This document shows, piece after piece, positions 19,628 to 31,001 of a stretch of DNA of 61,376 nucleotides. The DNA is taken from the NCBI GenBank assembly GCA_030603385.1, contig JAUVXW010000028.1, positions 1 through 61,376 of the forward strand, written 5' to 3'. Numbering within the stretch: the stretch's first letter is position 1; each line of letters begins with the position of its first letter. The notes under the pieces were generated by a model. That model did not search any database. It was given only the letters and a program-made list of their open reading frames with translations, and was not told where the DNA came from. Source of the stretch: Promethearchaeota archaeon. GTDB lineage: Archaea; Asgardarchaeota; Lokiarchaeia; Sigyniarchaeales; SOKP01. The position numbers and the translations under genes were made by a program.

Positions 19628-22444
19628 ATGAAAATGGAAAATATTCAATCGCATGCAATCGATTTTGAAGAAGTAACTGAAAAAATGAATACCTCTACTG
19701 AAATTGGTTTGGCTGAAAAAGAGGTTCTAAATCGACTTGAAAAATATGGCAGAAATGAATTAATTAAAGAAAAGGGTAAGACAGCCTGGCAGATATTCAT
19801 AGGGCAGTTTAAAGATTTCCTTATCTATCTTCTGTTGTTTGCAATACTTATTTCAATTTTGATTGGAATCTATGAATCTGGGAAAACTGGTGAAGTATGG
19901 GCTTCAGAATATACAGATGCAGCTGTTATAGGAATAATTTTGATTGTAAATGCCGTATTAGGTTTTTACCAGGAGTATCAAGCTGAAAAATCCCTAGAAA
20001 GTCTAAAGAAACTGGCACCTCATTTTGCTAAAGTCCGAAGAGATGGTAAAGTTATAGAGATTGGTGTAGAGGAAGTCGTTCCTGGAGATATTATACTCTT
20101 TGAGGAAGGAGATAAATTTCCTGCAGATATAAGGCTTTACAAAGAATATTCACTTTATGTTGACGAGGCAATTTTAACTGGAGAGTCGAGCCCCGTTAAA
20201 AAACAATTAAAACCCGTTGACGAGAAAATGATTTTAGCAGATAGAACTAATCTTGGATATATGAATACTATAATCACTCGAGGCAATGGAGAAGGAATTG
20301 TTATAGGAACAGGAATGCAGACAGAAATTGGTAAAATAGCAGAAAGTTTACAAGAAGAAGAAATTGAACTCAGTCCATTTCAGAAAGAGGTAAATAGATT
20401 TGGAAAACTTCTTGGAATTTTAATATTGATAATGTGCGCTATTGTTTTTATTACTGAAGTATTGCTTATTATGATTTTAGGAAGCCCTGATCCTTTAGAA
20501 GAAATGATAGAAGCTTTTGAGATCGCAATAAGCTTAGCCGTATCTGCTGTCCCTGAAGGGCTCATAGTCGTTATTACTGTTGTTATGAGCATAGGGATGA
20601 GAAAAATGGCAGATCGTAATGCATTAGTACGTAAACTCACTGCTGTTGAGACACTGGGAAGAGTAAGTATTATATGTTCAGATAAAACAGGTACTTTGAC
20701 AAAAAACGAAATGACAGTTGTAAAAGTGTTTTCAGGAGGAAGAGAATACAATGTCGAAGGAGTAGGATATGCACTTGAAGGGAAGATTATTGATGATAAG
20801 GGAAAACAAGTTCCCTTATCGGAAGAAAATTATATTAAAAAATTTCTCGAGGTGTGTATGTTTTGCAATAATTCAAATGTCTCTCCAATAAATGATGGTA
20901 CTAACAATACCGATGTTGTTGGCGACCCAACAGAAATCTCACTAAAAGTATTAGCTATGAAAATGGAATTAGATACAAAAGCTGAAAAAATTGATGAAAT
21001 TCCTTTCAGTTCTGATAGAAAGATGATGTCAGTTGTATCAAAAATTGATAATCAAATGTTTGTCTTAATTAAAGGTGCTCCAGATGTATTATTAAACAAA
21101 GCAAGTAAGGTAATTATAGATGGTCAAGAAAAGCCTATTAATGAAGCAAAAGATATTATTCTGCAGAAAAATGAAGAATTTGCGAGAGATGCACTTCGAG
21201 TTTTAGGTATAGCTTATAAACCGATAAAAGAAGGATATAAAGAGGAAGAAATAGAAACTGATTTTACATATATTGGTTTAGCAGGGATTATAGATCCAGC
21301 AAGGGATGAGGTAAAAGATGCTATTGAAGAAGCTCGAGACGCTGGTATTAGAACCATAATGATCACAGGTGACCATAAAATTACTGCTATTGCAATCGCT
21401 CATGAAATTGGTTTAACACAATCAAGTGAAGCCATTACTGGAATGGAATTAGAGGAAATGAGTGATGATGAACTCCGTGAGAGAGTAAAAACAGTAGATA
21501 TTTTTGCGAGAGTGTCTTCTGAACATAAGCTAAGAATTTTACGTAGATTAAAGGAACTAGATTTTATAGTTTCAATGACAGGTGATGGGGTAAACGATGC
21601 CCCAGCTGTGAAAGGAGCACATGTAGGTGTCGCAATGGGCCTTAAGGGGACGGAAGTAACTCAAGAGGCTTCAGAAATGATATTAATCGATGACAATTAT
21701 GCTACAATTGTTAATGCAATAGAGGAAGGCAGAGGGATTTTTGAAACCACTAAAGGATTCTTTAGATATATGTTGAGTACTAACTTTGATGAAATATTTT
21801 TAATTCTTGTAGCCTATATTGTAATGAAACTATTTTCAAGTGTGTTTCTTGCCCTTCCGATTAAGCCAATTCAGATATTATGGCTTAATATAGCAACTGA
21901 TGGTATACCCGCTATGGTTTTGGGACTTACGCCTACAGATCCCGATGTAATGAAAGCGAAACCAAGAAAAGGATTTACCTTGTTACCAGAGATTAAAGGT
22001 CCGGTTCTTTTACTTGGAATATATACTTCGATCACGGATATTGCTCTCTATTTACTGTTATGGGGTGTCTTTCTTCCTGCTTGGGTTGATGCGGGAATAG
22101 ATCCTCGTTTAACGGCAGTAGATAGCGCATATGCTATCTCTTTAGCTCAGACAATATTATTTACAAATCTGGTCATTTGTGAATTAATGTTTGTTTACAC
22201 ATGTACTTCTAATCTGAAGCCATTTTACCTGTTTCCAAATAAACATTTATTCTGGGCTACCGGACTTTCTTTAGGTTTACAATTGCTTATATTATATACC
22301 CCTATGGGAATAGCATTCCATGTTATACCCCTGTTCCACCCTTATTATTGGGCAACACTTATTATTGCTGCATTTAGTGTCTCAGTCGTAGATGAATTAA
22401 GAAAATATAGAATGAGGAAAAAGAGAGGAATTATACTAAGATAA
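19628..22444 (+). CDS. P-type ATPase, type II (Ca2+/cation transporting)
   Basis: TGES, VPEGL, DKTGTLT, KGAPD, MITGD, TGDGVND, QILWLNIATD. Confidence 0.95.
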   Translation: MKMENIQSHAIDFEEVTEKMNTSTEIGLAEKEVLNRLEKYGRNELIKEKGKTAWQIFIGQFKDFLIYLLLFAILISILIGIYESGKTGEVWASEYTDAAVIGIILIVNAVLGFYQEYQAEKSLESLKKLAPHFAKVRRDGKVIEIGVEEVVPGDIILFEEGDKFPADIRLYKEYSLYVDEAILTGESSPVKKQLKPVDEKMILADRTNLGYMNTIITRGNGEGIVIGTGMQTEIGKIAESLQEEEIELSPFQKEVNRFGKLLGILILIMCAIVFITEVLLIMILGSPDPLEEMIEAFEIAISLAVSAVPEGLIVVITVVMSIGMRKMADRNALVRKLTAVETLGRVSIICSDKTGTLTKNEMTVVKVFSGGREYNVEGVGYALEGKIIDDKGKQVPLSEENYIKKFLEVCMFCNNSNVSPINDGTNNTDVVGDPTEISLKVLAMKMELDTKAEKIDEIPFSSDRKMMSVVSKIDNQMFVLIKGAPDVLLNKASKVIIDGQEKPINEAKDIILQKNEEFARDALRVLGIAYKPIKEGYKEEEIETDFTYIGLAGIIDPARDEVKDAIEEARDAGIRTIMITGDHKITAIAIAHEIGLTQSSEAITGMELEEMSDDELRERVKTVDIFARVSSEHKLRILRRLKELDFIVSMTGDGVNDAPAVKGAHVGVAMGLKGTEVTQEASEMILIDDNYATIVNAIEEGRGIFETTKGFFRYMLSTNFDEIFLILVAYIVMKLFSSVFLALPIKPIQILWLNIATDGIPAMVLGLTPTDPDVMKAKPRKGFTLLPEIKGPVLLLGIYTSITDIALYLLLWGVFLPAWVDAGIDPRLTAVDSAYAISLAQTILFTNLVICELMFVYTCTSNLKPFYLFPNKHLFWATGLSLGLQLLILYTPMGIAFHVIPLFHPYYWATLIIAAFSVSVVDELRKYRMRKKRGIILR

Positions 22445-22608
22445 GATTAGTATATCTTTTTTTTCATCACTAATTTTTTAAATTTTTTATATTAATATTT
22501 AGTTCTTTTTACTATCAGTTCGATTTTTAATTAATTTTATATTTTTTTTATTATTTTATAAAATAATTAGAACTGAATAGTTCAATATTCTTAAATGAGA
22601 TAATAGTA

Positions 22609-23298
22609 ATGAACATTGCTGAAGTTTTGAAGAATAAGATTGAAACAAATCAAACAGTCTTAACCGAGTTTGAATCCAAGGAGCTTCTACAAGAAATTGG
22701 AATTCTTGTTCCTGGTCAAAAATTAACAACTTCAAAGGAAGAGACTTTATCCGCAGCAGAAAATATTGGTTTTCCTATAGTTTTAAAACTCATGGCAGAA
22801 GATATAGTCCATAAATCTGATACTGGTGCTGTAAAACTAAATTTAAAGAGTAAACAGGAAGTTGAAAATGCCTATGAAGAATTAATGAAAATTCCTTCTC
22901 AAAAAGAGAAAAAGATCTCTGTGCAAAAAATGGCAGATGAGCCAATCACAGAACTTATCATTGGAATGACAACTGATCCCCAATTTGGACCTGCTTTAAT
23001 GTTTGGCATAGGCGGTATTTTAGTTGAACTCCTAGAGGATGTAAGCTTTAGAATAGCTCCTATAACGGAATATGATGCTAAAGAAATGATCAGAGAAATT
23101 AAAGGATTTCCAATACTCGACGGATATCGTGGGAAACCAAAAGCGGATCTTGATGCCATTGTAAATACTTTGCTAACTATATCTGAACTTGTTGTTAAGC
23201 ATGAAGAAATAAATGAAATGGATCTAAATCCAGTTTTCATTTATGAAAAAGGCTTAATTTGCGTAGATGCTCGGATTATTTTAAAGAAAAGTGATTAA
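22609..23298 (+). CDS. acdB: Acetate--CoA ligase (ADP-forming) beta subunit, ATP-grasp
   Basis: LTEFESKELL, IGFPIVLK, IVHKSD, DPQFGP, FGIGGILVE, EMDLNP, VDARI. Confidence 0.88.
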   Translation: MNIAEVLKNKIETNQTVLTEFESKELLQEIGILVPGQKLTTSKEETLSAAENIGFPIVLKLMAEDIVHKSDTGAVKLNLKSKQEVENAYEELMKIPSQKEKKISVQKMADEPITELIIGMTTDPQFGPALMFGIGGILVELLEDVSFRIAPITEYDAKEMIREIKGFPILDGYRGKPKADLDAIVNTLLTISELVVKHEEINEMDLNPVFIYEKGLICVDARIILKKSD

Positions 23299-23556
23299 CG
23301 GCTATCTAAATATCTGTTTTCTAAGATTAACACTAAATTTTAATATTTATTTTTGAATTATTTTTTTTAAAAGCTATACTAACTGGAACATACTTGCTCC
23401 ATATTAGATACATTTAAAGGATCTAATTGTGATATAACCTTTAAAGTTTAACATAATATTTTTCAAATTTAACCTACAAACCTATAAAATTATTAGTATC
23501 AATTGCTAATAAAAATATAAAAATAATAATTTAATTAAAAAAAATTTTATCGACTT

Positions 23557-26500
23557 ATGTATAACTATAACATTAAAAAAAACAAAAGGATTCTAATTCT
23601 CTTTCTTTTAACGATTACGATAAGTTTCTTGAACTTTAATCTATTTATGTGGAACTTAGATAACTCTATAACTGATGAAGAATCATCTACTAAATTTCAA
23701 CCATTAAATAAGTTAAAAACCTCTAGTTATCCTCAAACTTTTGGAAATTCCGGTGAAGATATTAATGTGACTTTACATCAGTCTTATGTGAATTCTTCTT
23801 TTGATACTATTGTTAACACTTCGATAGTGAATGGTAATAATTTTACATTACCGTGTCCAACTGATACATGGTTTAATTCTAGTTATACTAATATAACTGT
23901 GAAAGATATCTTTGCACCTAATAGATCAATCTCTATTGAAGAGGATTCCCAGTCTGACGTGTATATGAATAGCGACATAGTTACATCATTTACTATAAAT
24001 CAAGTTGGTTGTTATTTAATAAATGCTTCTTTCAATATATTTGTTGAAGCAGGAACGCCTGGTATTTCTGTGTATTTATATAATTCAACTTTAGGTAGTC
24101 CCGATACATCATCTGTACAAGTAATTGGTTCTTTTTCAACAAGTACTCCTGGGTGGAACAATGTTAAATTAACTAAGACTCTTTTAAACAATACTGAAAC
24201 GGAAAACAATAAATGGTATATAGGTATCAAAAAAACCGATGGTGATCCATTAACTGCTTGTAAATGGCGTTTCGACCCAGATCCCCCAGGAGGAACTGAT
24301 GGAAGCAATGATTCAGATGCTTTTTCTAAACCCGGTGTTAGTTGGAATGCAGAAGCAAGAGATTACACTCTAAAGATCTATATTTCTCCTATCGACAAAG
24401 ATGCCAACCCTTCTGATATTGGTTTAAAAATAAATGGAGATTCAGTAACAAATATGCAAAATGGAAAAGGTTATTGGGAATCAACAAAAATAAATAGTAG
24501 TGCTACTGGTGAATTAAAATATAATGTAACAGCAGATTGGTGGGATATAGAATGTAACATTTCTCAAGTTTTAATAAACTATACAAAAACAGATTTAACC
24601 GCAGGTTCTAGTTTTGATGTTTCTGGAAGTGGTCAAGATATTGCATGGAACGTAACTAGGAATGGGGGATTTAATTATTTTGGTACAGATTTTAGTAATT
24701 ATAGAATCAATTTTACAATACCAGCTACTTGGCATGATAGTAGTATTAAAGTTTTTAATGGTAGTGATGAATGGTCTATTAATAAAAGATTATTAGGTAA
24801 TGGTTATAGAGAAGTTATGATTCCAAATGCAGGAAACGGCACATATTGGTTTTTAAACGCGACTTCAGATAATCTTCTCTTTTCTATTAATACTTATGTT
24901 GACGGGAATGCATATAATATCGTAAACTACACTAATGTAGTACGGTTTAACGGAACATTTACAGAAGTTATAGATGAGGGAATACTTAACTTAAGTGTTT
25001 ATAGTCCTTCACCTTATTATTTAAACCATACGAATACTTTAAATATTTCTCAACAAATTCCAGGTACAGAATTTTTCGTTTATGATTGGGATATTTCTGA
25101 TAATGCAACTGAGTATGGTGTATTTATTACTCGTATGGCATGGAATAATGGCACCGCTGCAGGATTTCTAATAGGAGATTTAACAATTTTAGGTGAATCA
25201 GAATTAAAAGTAATTTCACCTTTATCGTTTACTTTTGATGCTAGTGAAACCTTTGATTTGATTTTATTTTTTAATGATACCGGACAAAATCCAAATATAA
25301 AAAATGTAACAAGCGCAGATATCCAATATAAAATTAATGATGGAGCTCCAAGAACAGATTCTATCGAGATTGGAGAGGGACTTTATAATATTACTTTCGT
25401 TTGTAATGACACTGATTTCACTTCTAATGGTCCGAATGTTATAACAATTAATGCTAGTTACAATTTTTATAACAATCAAAGCAAAACAATAGATATCACT
25501 ATAATAGGGGAAACTTCATTAACAATTATTAATCCTTCAGCTGGTTCTAACTTTAATTCTTCAGAAGTAATTAATTTAATCATTGAATTTAATAATACGA
25601 TTAGAGATGAGATAATCACAAATCCTATTATAAATTATAGCCTTAATGGAGGTATTGATTGGAGACATGATAATATTGGAGATATTGGAGATAATAAATA
25701 CAATATACTAATTGATTGCAATGATACTCAGTTTGGAAATTACGGGCCACAGTTTATTATTGTGAATACAAGTAAACAATATTATTATAATCAAAGTGAA
25801 CCGTTAAGTATTACAATTACAGGAGATACTACTTTATATACTACTGAGATATTTCCTGATCCTAGTATAGGTTATTACAATTCTGATGAAACATTTAATA
25901 TCACCGTATACTTTGAAGACAATGGAAGGAACGAAGGAATAATTGGGGGAAATCTGGAAGTTCATGTTAAAGAAGTTTCAGAACCTTTATATAATAAATA
26001 TACTACTGTATCAATAGTTGATATTGGTGCGGGATATTATAATATTACAATAGAATGCAACAATTCATTATTTTACCCTTATGGTAAATTTGATATAAAA
26101 TTTAATATTACTAAATCGAATTATTATACTGCTGAGGAAATATTAACAGAAATAGTTTTTGGAAATACCACTCTCACCATTCTTGATCCTATTGGCCCAA
26201 TATCTTATGTTGAAAACGAAATATTTGATATACAGATAGAATATGAAGATCATACTTTATCTAGCGGGATCCTTGGAGCAGATATCACCTATACTATTGA
26301 TGGTAATAATTATCTATCGGTTAATGTAACAGATAATTTAGATGGTACATATAATATTACTATTTATGCGGGTCATACCGATTTTGACCCTAATTATGGT
26401 AATGTCGACATTATTATTAGGGCAAATAAAACAAATTATATCAATCTAACGAGGAGTCTTACATTTGAAAGGCAAATAATAACTCAAATTGAACCCCTAA

Positions 26501-29500
26501 ACCCTCCTTCTTTAATAGAAGTGATTAGAGGTAACAGTGTTTTTTATACGTTTAATTATTCAGATAGATTAGGAACGCCAATTGATAGATATGATACATT
26601 TCAAAATACTACAAATTTACAAAATTTCGAATGGAATATTGTGAATGATGGAGCAGGAAATTATACTCTAGAGTTAAATACTTCAAAAGTCCTTGTGATA
26701 GAAACTCCTTACACTATCAACTTTAGTATATATGCATTTGGAAATCAGTCTCAAGAGATTTCATTCACGATATTAGTAACAATAATTCAAACAAGTATTG
26801 AAATCCAATCATGGAACAGTAATTCTGATTTTGCTCGAAGTACTTGGACTAATGTATCTATAAATTTCCACTTTAAAGATACCACAAATAACGCCCCAAT
26901 TGATGGATTACTTGATAGTGATGTTAAAATTAAGGATTATTATGCAGGCACTACTTGGCTTCCCGGATTTGAATTATTTACTGAACTGGGACCTGGAAAT
27001 TATAAATTGAATATTAGCACTGTAGGAAAGAACTCAGGTTTATATACAATACAATTGAATATCTCTAAATATCCGAATTACAACTGGAGCTTGGCTTACA
27101 TTCAATTTTACTTAAGAGGAAATTACACTCAAATTAATATGATTTCAGTCTCTGATCCTGAAGCAATATTAACCCCTACTGGTATTGGAAATAATTATAC
27201 AACCTTCTTAGGAAGTGATTTAACTGTTGAGTTCAACATAACAGATACAGAGTTTAATAACAACGTACTTATTGAATTTGCAGATGAATATATTATAACT
27301 TTTAAAAATCTTTATACAGGAATAACTGGAACACTTCAGGAAAACCTCGTTTTTAATCTTATAGAAGCAGATTATGGTATACATACAGGAAGCATTATAA
27401 CTTCAGAATTAACAGATACTGGATTTTATTTAATTAATATCACTGTTGTTATGTTAAATTATGAAAACACTACATTCAGTTTTAATTTAACTTTAGTAAA
27501 TTCACAAATTAATATAATATCAATTTCTAACCTAGGAGGACAATTAGAACCATTTGGAACAGGAGATTATTATAATTCTTCTATAGCCCTTGACATTAGT
27601 TTAGAATTTAATATAACTGATAATCAAGCTTTAAATAAAATAATCGCGAGAGATGCCGATTCCTATTTGGTAAGATATATAAATTTAGGCACAGGACAGA
27701 ACGGAACTGTTCTTAACAATTTTGCTTTCAACTCACCTACTTCAACGTATATTGGAATCATAACAACTTCAGGTTTACCTGTAGGCAATTATTTGATCAA
27801 CGTATCAGTTGTGATTTTGGATTATAAAGTAATACCATTAACTTTCAATTTAACAATAGTTTCTGCAGATAGCTATATTATATTTATAACTAATGTAGGA
27901 GGTCAATTATCACCTACTGGGGTGGGCGGTTTTTATGAACCTACTGTAGCAACTGATATTGACATTGAATTTAATACAACAGATGCCTATTTTGGAAATA
28001 TTATTCAAATTGAACCAGGAGTATCTTATACCATTTATTACACCAATATCGATACGAACGAGAATGGTACAATACTTCATTCAATTGCCGAAGGCGCTTC
28101 AAGTCATTTTGGGAGTTTAGATATCTCTTCATTTTCAATTGGAAATTACTCTGTTACAATTATTATTAACAAGTCAAATAACATAGTTTCCATTCTTAGT
28201 TTTAAATTAAGAATAGTTTACGCAAATAGCAGCATTATATCAATAACTAATCTTGGAGGTCAATTAGAACCATCAAGTATAGATAATTTCTATGATACTT
28301 TCATTGGAAGTAATATTGGTATTGAATTTAACATATTAGATGCGCATTTTGGAACTACTATTCAGATTGGTGCAGGTATCTCTTATTCTGTTTATTATCA
28401 AAACATTGATACCTTAGAAAGTGGTACTTTGCAACACACATTATCCGAAATTATCTCATTACATTCTGGATCATTAAACGTTTCCCTATTACCCGTTGGT
28501 AATTACTCATTTTCTATAATAGTAGCTAAAAGCACTAGTAATGTAACTTTAGTGAATTTTCTATTAAGAATCGTAGAAAAATATGAGACTAGAATTACTG
28601 TGTACAAACCTGAAAGTGTTAATGCTGGACTTCCGTTTACAATTATAATCAAAGCAGAATATTTCAATGGTACTGTTTGGTTACCCACAGCAGGATCAAA
28701 TATGACTATAACTCTATGCTATAATGGTGGAGCTGGCGAATCTCAAGATTATTATACTAATAGTACTGGAGAAATAGAAATTATAATACCTACTTATAGT
28801 GATACTATAACATTGAATTTAACCATTCAGTTAATTAGTGCTTATTATCACCAAGGATATGGCCCTGATGTTTCAGATATTGATATTATACCTATACCAT
28901 TAGGTTTTGGATTTGAAGATATTTTGCCGTACTTAATAATTGCGGGGATAGCTATTGCTGCTGTAGGAGGATCAGTTGGTATTTATCGGGGAGTAGTTGT
29001 TCCAAAAAAGCGGGAAAAAGCACGGGTTTTAAAAGAGGTTAAAACAATCTTCGATGATGCTATTAGTTTAGAACATATCCTAGTGTTATATAAAGGGACA
29101 GGTACATGTATTTTCTTCAAATCTTTTGGATCGGAAGGCATTGACCCAGAATTGATTAGTGGCTTCATTTCTGCAATTTGCTCATTTGGAAAAGATTTAG
29201 TTTGTCAGGAGGAGTTAAATGAAATTACCTATGGTGATAAAATGCTTTTATTATCAGATGGTGAATTCATTAGGGTTGCATTAGTGTTATCTAAAAAGGC
29301 CTCGATCATTTTGCGTAAAAATCTAATGGATTTTATAAATGGGTTTGAGAAATCGTATGCAAGTGAACTACCTAATTGGAGAGGGCAGTTAAATGTATTC
29401 AGAAACGCTGGAAGAATAGTTGACGAGATATTAAGTACTTCGATCATTCTCCCTCATGAAATCACATATGAATTCTCAAACATTAAAGCCTTGAAGAGTC

Positions 29501-30282
29501 CTCACTCTAAAGATGTGTTAAAAGTAGCTAATACTTTGGTGAAAGATTCAGACCGAACTTTCTTCTTTATTGCAACACTCTTGAAAGAAGCAACTGAAAA
29601 GACACATAAAGACACCGCAGAAATTTTTATGGGGATTAAAGAATTAAGAGATAAGAAAATATTGATCCCAATAGAAATAGGAGCCATCGAAGCTCAACCA
29701 ATTTCTCAACAAGAATTAGTTCTTATAAATCAAAAAGTTGCAGGATTAGTAAATTTATCTCAAGAAGAAAAACAAAAATTAGTAAATGATCTTGCGCAAG
29801 TGGGTCCTGCTGAGAGGGAAGCTTACTTTGCTAGTTTAATGGAACAGCATGCAATCGTTTCAGCTCCAATTGAAGAAAAACCTGGTGCTATTTTAATCGA
29901 TAATGTAAAAGGTGCTAAAAAAGAAATTCGTAAATTAAAGAAGATGGCTAATACTGCAAGGAAAGAGAAGGATTATGGAAAAACAATTAATATTTACCAG
30001 AATGCCGCAAGAATAGCTACAAGTTGGGAATTAACTGGAGAATTAGAACAGTTAAATGAATTTATACGATTAATTAAAATTGTGGATCTTCGAATCAAGA
30101 TGAAAACACTTGAAAAAGAAGCAAAATTAGCAGCGAAAGAGGAAAAATATAACGAGGCGGCTCAAAAATATAAAATGTCTTCGAAAATTGCCTCCGAAAT
30201 ATTTAAGCTAGGTGGAACTGAACTGACAAAAGAAGTTAAGAGACTCTCGAATAAATCTAAGGAATATGAAAAATTAATTTAA
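23557..30282 (+). CDS. Giant single-pass surface glycoprotein with Ig-like repeats and cytoplasmic longin-like, winged-helix and TPR/MIT-like domains
   Basis: N-terminal signal/TM; many N-x-S/T sequons; repeated G.G.YNITI motifs; TM ILPYLIIAGIAIAAVGGSVGIY; then LEHILVLYKGTGTCIF...DPELISGFISAICSFG (longin-like). Confidence 0.8.
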   Translation: MYNYNIKKNKRILILFLLTITISFLNFNLFMWNLDNSITDEESSTKFQPLNKLKTSSYPQTFGNSGEDINVTLHQSYVNSSFDTIVNTSIVNGNNFTLPCPTDTWFNSSYTNITVKDIFAPNRSISIEEDSQSDVYMNSDIVTSFTINQVGCYLINASFNIFVEAGTPGISVYLYNSTLGSPDTSSVQVIGSFSTSTPGWNNVKLTKTLLNNTETENNKWYIGIKKTDGDPLTACKWRFDPDPPGGTDGSNDSDAFSKPGVSWNAEARDYTLKIYISPIDKDANPSDIGLKINGDSVTNMQNGKGYWESTKINSSATGELKYNVTADWWDIECNISQVLINYTKTDLTAGSSFDVSGSGQDIAWNVTRNGGFNYFGTDFSNYRINFTIPATWHDSSIKVFNGSDEWSINKRLLGNGYREVMIPNAGNGTYWFLNATSDNLLFSINTYVDGNAYNIVNYTNVVRFNGTFTEVIDEGILNLSVYSPSPYYLNHTNTLNISQQIPGTEFFVYDWDISDNATEYGVFITRMAWNNGTAAGFLIGDLTILGESELKVISPLSFTFDASETFDLILFFNDTGQNPNIKNVTSADIQYKINDGAPRTDSIEIGEGLYNITFVCNDTDFTSNGPNVITINASYNFYNNQSKTIDITIIGETSLTIINPSAGSNFNSSEVINLIIEFNNTIRDEIITNPIINYSLNGGIDWRHDNIGDIGDNKYNILIDCNDTQFGNYGPQFIIVNTSKQYYYNQSEPLSITITGDTTLYTTEIFPDPSIGYYNSDETFNITVYFEDNGRNEGIIGGNLEVHVKEVSEPLYNKYTTVSIVDIGAGYYNITIECNNSLFYPYGKFDIKFNITKSNYYTAEEILTEIVFGNTTLTILDPIGPISYVENEIFDIQIEYEDHTLSSGILGADITYTIDGNNYLSVNVTDNLDGTYNITIYAGHTDFDPNYGNVDIIIRANKTNYINLTRSLTFERQIITQIEPLNPPSLIEVIRGNSVFYTFNYSDRLGTPIDRYDTFQNTTNLQNFEWNIVNDGAGNYTLELNTSKVLVIETPYTINFSIYAFGNQSQEISFTILVTIIQTSIEIQSWNSNSDFARSTWTNVSINFHFKDTTNNAPIDGLLDSDVKIKDYYAGTTWLPGFELFTELGPGNYKLNISTVGKNSGLYTIQLNISKYPNYNWSLAYIQFYLRGNYTQINMISVSDPEAILTPTGIGNNYTTFLGSDLTVEFNITDTEFNNNVLIEFADEYIITFKNLYTGITGTLQENLVFNLIEADYGIHTGSIITSELTDTGFYLINITVVMLNYENTTFSFNLTLVNSQINIISISNLGGQLEPFGTGDYYNSSIALDISLEFNITDNQALNKIIARDADSYLVRYINLGTGQNGTVLNNFAFNSPTSTYIGIITTSGLPVGNYLINVSVVILDYKVIPLTFNLTIVSADSYIIFITNVGGQLSPTGVGGFYEPTVATDIDIEFNTTDAYFGNIIQIEPGVSYTIYYTNIDTNENGTILHSIAEGASSHFGSLDISSFSIGNYSVTIIINKSNNIVSILSFKLRIVYANSSIISITNLGGQLEPSSIDNFYDTFIGSNIGIEFNILDAHFGTTIQIGAGISYSVYYQNIDTLESGTLQHTLSEIISLHSGSLNVSLLPVGNYSFSIIVAKSTSNVTLVNFLLRIVEKYETRITVYKPESVNAGLPFTIIIKAEYFNGTVWLPTAGSNMTITLCYNGGAGESQDYYTNSTGEIEIIIPTYSDTITLNLTIQLISAYYHQGYGPDVSDIDIIPIPLGFGFEDILPYLIIAGIAIAAVGGSVGIYRGVVVPKKREKARVLKEVKTIFDDAISLEHILVLYKGTGTCIFFKSFGSEGIDPELISGFISAICSFGKDLVCQEELNEITYGDKMLLLSDGEFIRVALVLSKKASIILRKNLMDFINGFEKSYASELPNWRGQLNVFRNAGRIVDEILSTSIILPHEITYEFSNIKALKSPHSKDVLKVANTLVKDSDRTFFFIATLLKEATEKTHKDTAEIFMGIKELRDKKILIPIEIGAIEAQPISQQELVLINQKVAGLVNLSQEEKQKLVNDLAQVGPAEREAYFASLMEQHAIVSAPIEEKPGAILIDNVKGAKKEIRKLKKMANTARKEKDYGKTINIYQNAARIATSWELTGELEQLNEFIRLIKIVDLRIKMKTLEKEAKLAAKEEKYNEAAQKYKMSSKIASEIFKLGGTELTKEVKRLSNKSKEYEKLI
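27130..28575 (+). repeat. Four tandem ~120-aa repeats within the giant surface protein
   Basis: Recurrent [IS]..I[ST]N[LV]GGQLxP.G...Y......I..EFN.TD motif (first copy divergent: ISVSDPEAILTPTG). Confidence 0.75.
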
Positions 30283-30437
30283 TTTTATTTTTTCTTTCTT
30301 TTTATTTTTTATTTTAATATATATCATATATTTTAATTTAGATCTAACGAAAGTAATTATAAATTGAAGTAACCTTTTTATGATCAATAAGATAAATTTT
30401 TATAGTGTAACAGAATTCCAACTGATCTTATTTTATC

Positions 30438-30959
30438 ATGTTTCTATTAAATGCTTTAGTAAGTAAAGAAATATCATCCATCAATGTTTTATTTATCTTT
30501 ATCCTAGTTTTTTCAGCTCTCATTAATTTATCTTTTTTAAGAAGAAGAAGAGAAGAAAAACGAGTAAGATCTAAAAAAAGGAGAGAGGAGAAAGAGGAGA
30601 ATAAAGAGGAAAGATCATTAAGTATGGAGGAATTTAAGAAGGTTGAGTTAAAAACAATTGTAATTGAGCAATCAGAGTTGGATAATGAATTTAATAAACT
30701 TAATTTAGAACAACAGAAAAAAGAATCATTGCTAATTCACCCTAAAATAAAAAAACAAATAGAAAAAATTGTTCTAAAAATTTTATACAAGGAAAAATCA
30801 GTAAAAACCTTAAAACTCTTGAATGATAAAGTCTTAGAGAGTGCTGCTGAACAAAAAGTCACCGTTTCTGAAAAAGTTATTAATCTGATAATAAATCAAA
30901 TGAATAAGATTGGGAAAATAGAATTTACACAGAAAGAAGGTTGGAAAATAAAGATTTAA
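30438..30959 (+). CDS. Membrane-anchored protein with charged linker and C-terminal winged-helix-like domain
   Basis: N-terminal TM, R/E-rich linker, INLIINQMNKIGKIEFTQKEGWKI. Confidence 0.55.
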   Translation: MFLLNALVSKEISSINVLFIFILVFSALINLSFLRRRREEKRVRSKKRREEKEENKEERSLSMEEFKKVELKTIVIEQSELDNEFNKLNLEQQKKESLLIHPKIKKQIEKIVLKILYKEKSVKTLKLLNDKVLESAAEQKVTVSEKVINLIINQMNKIGKIEFTQKEGWKIKI

Positions 30960-31001
30960 TTCTAAGTAGTTTTATGGTTTTACCGTTTTTATAAAATTTA
31001 A

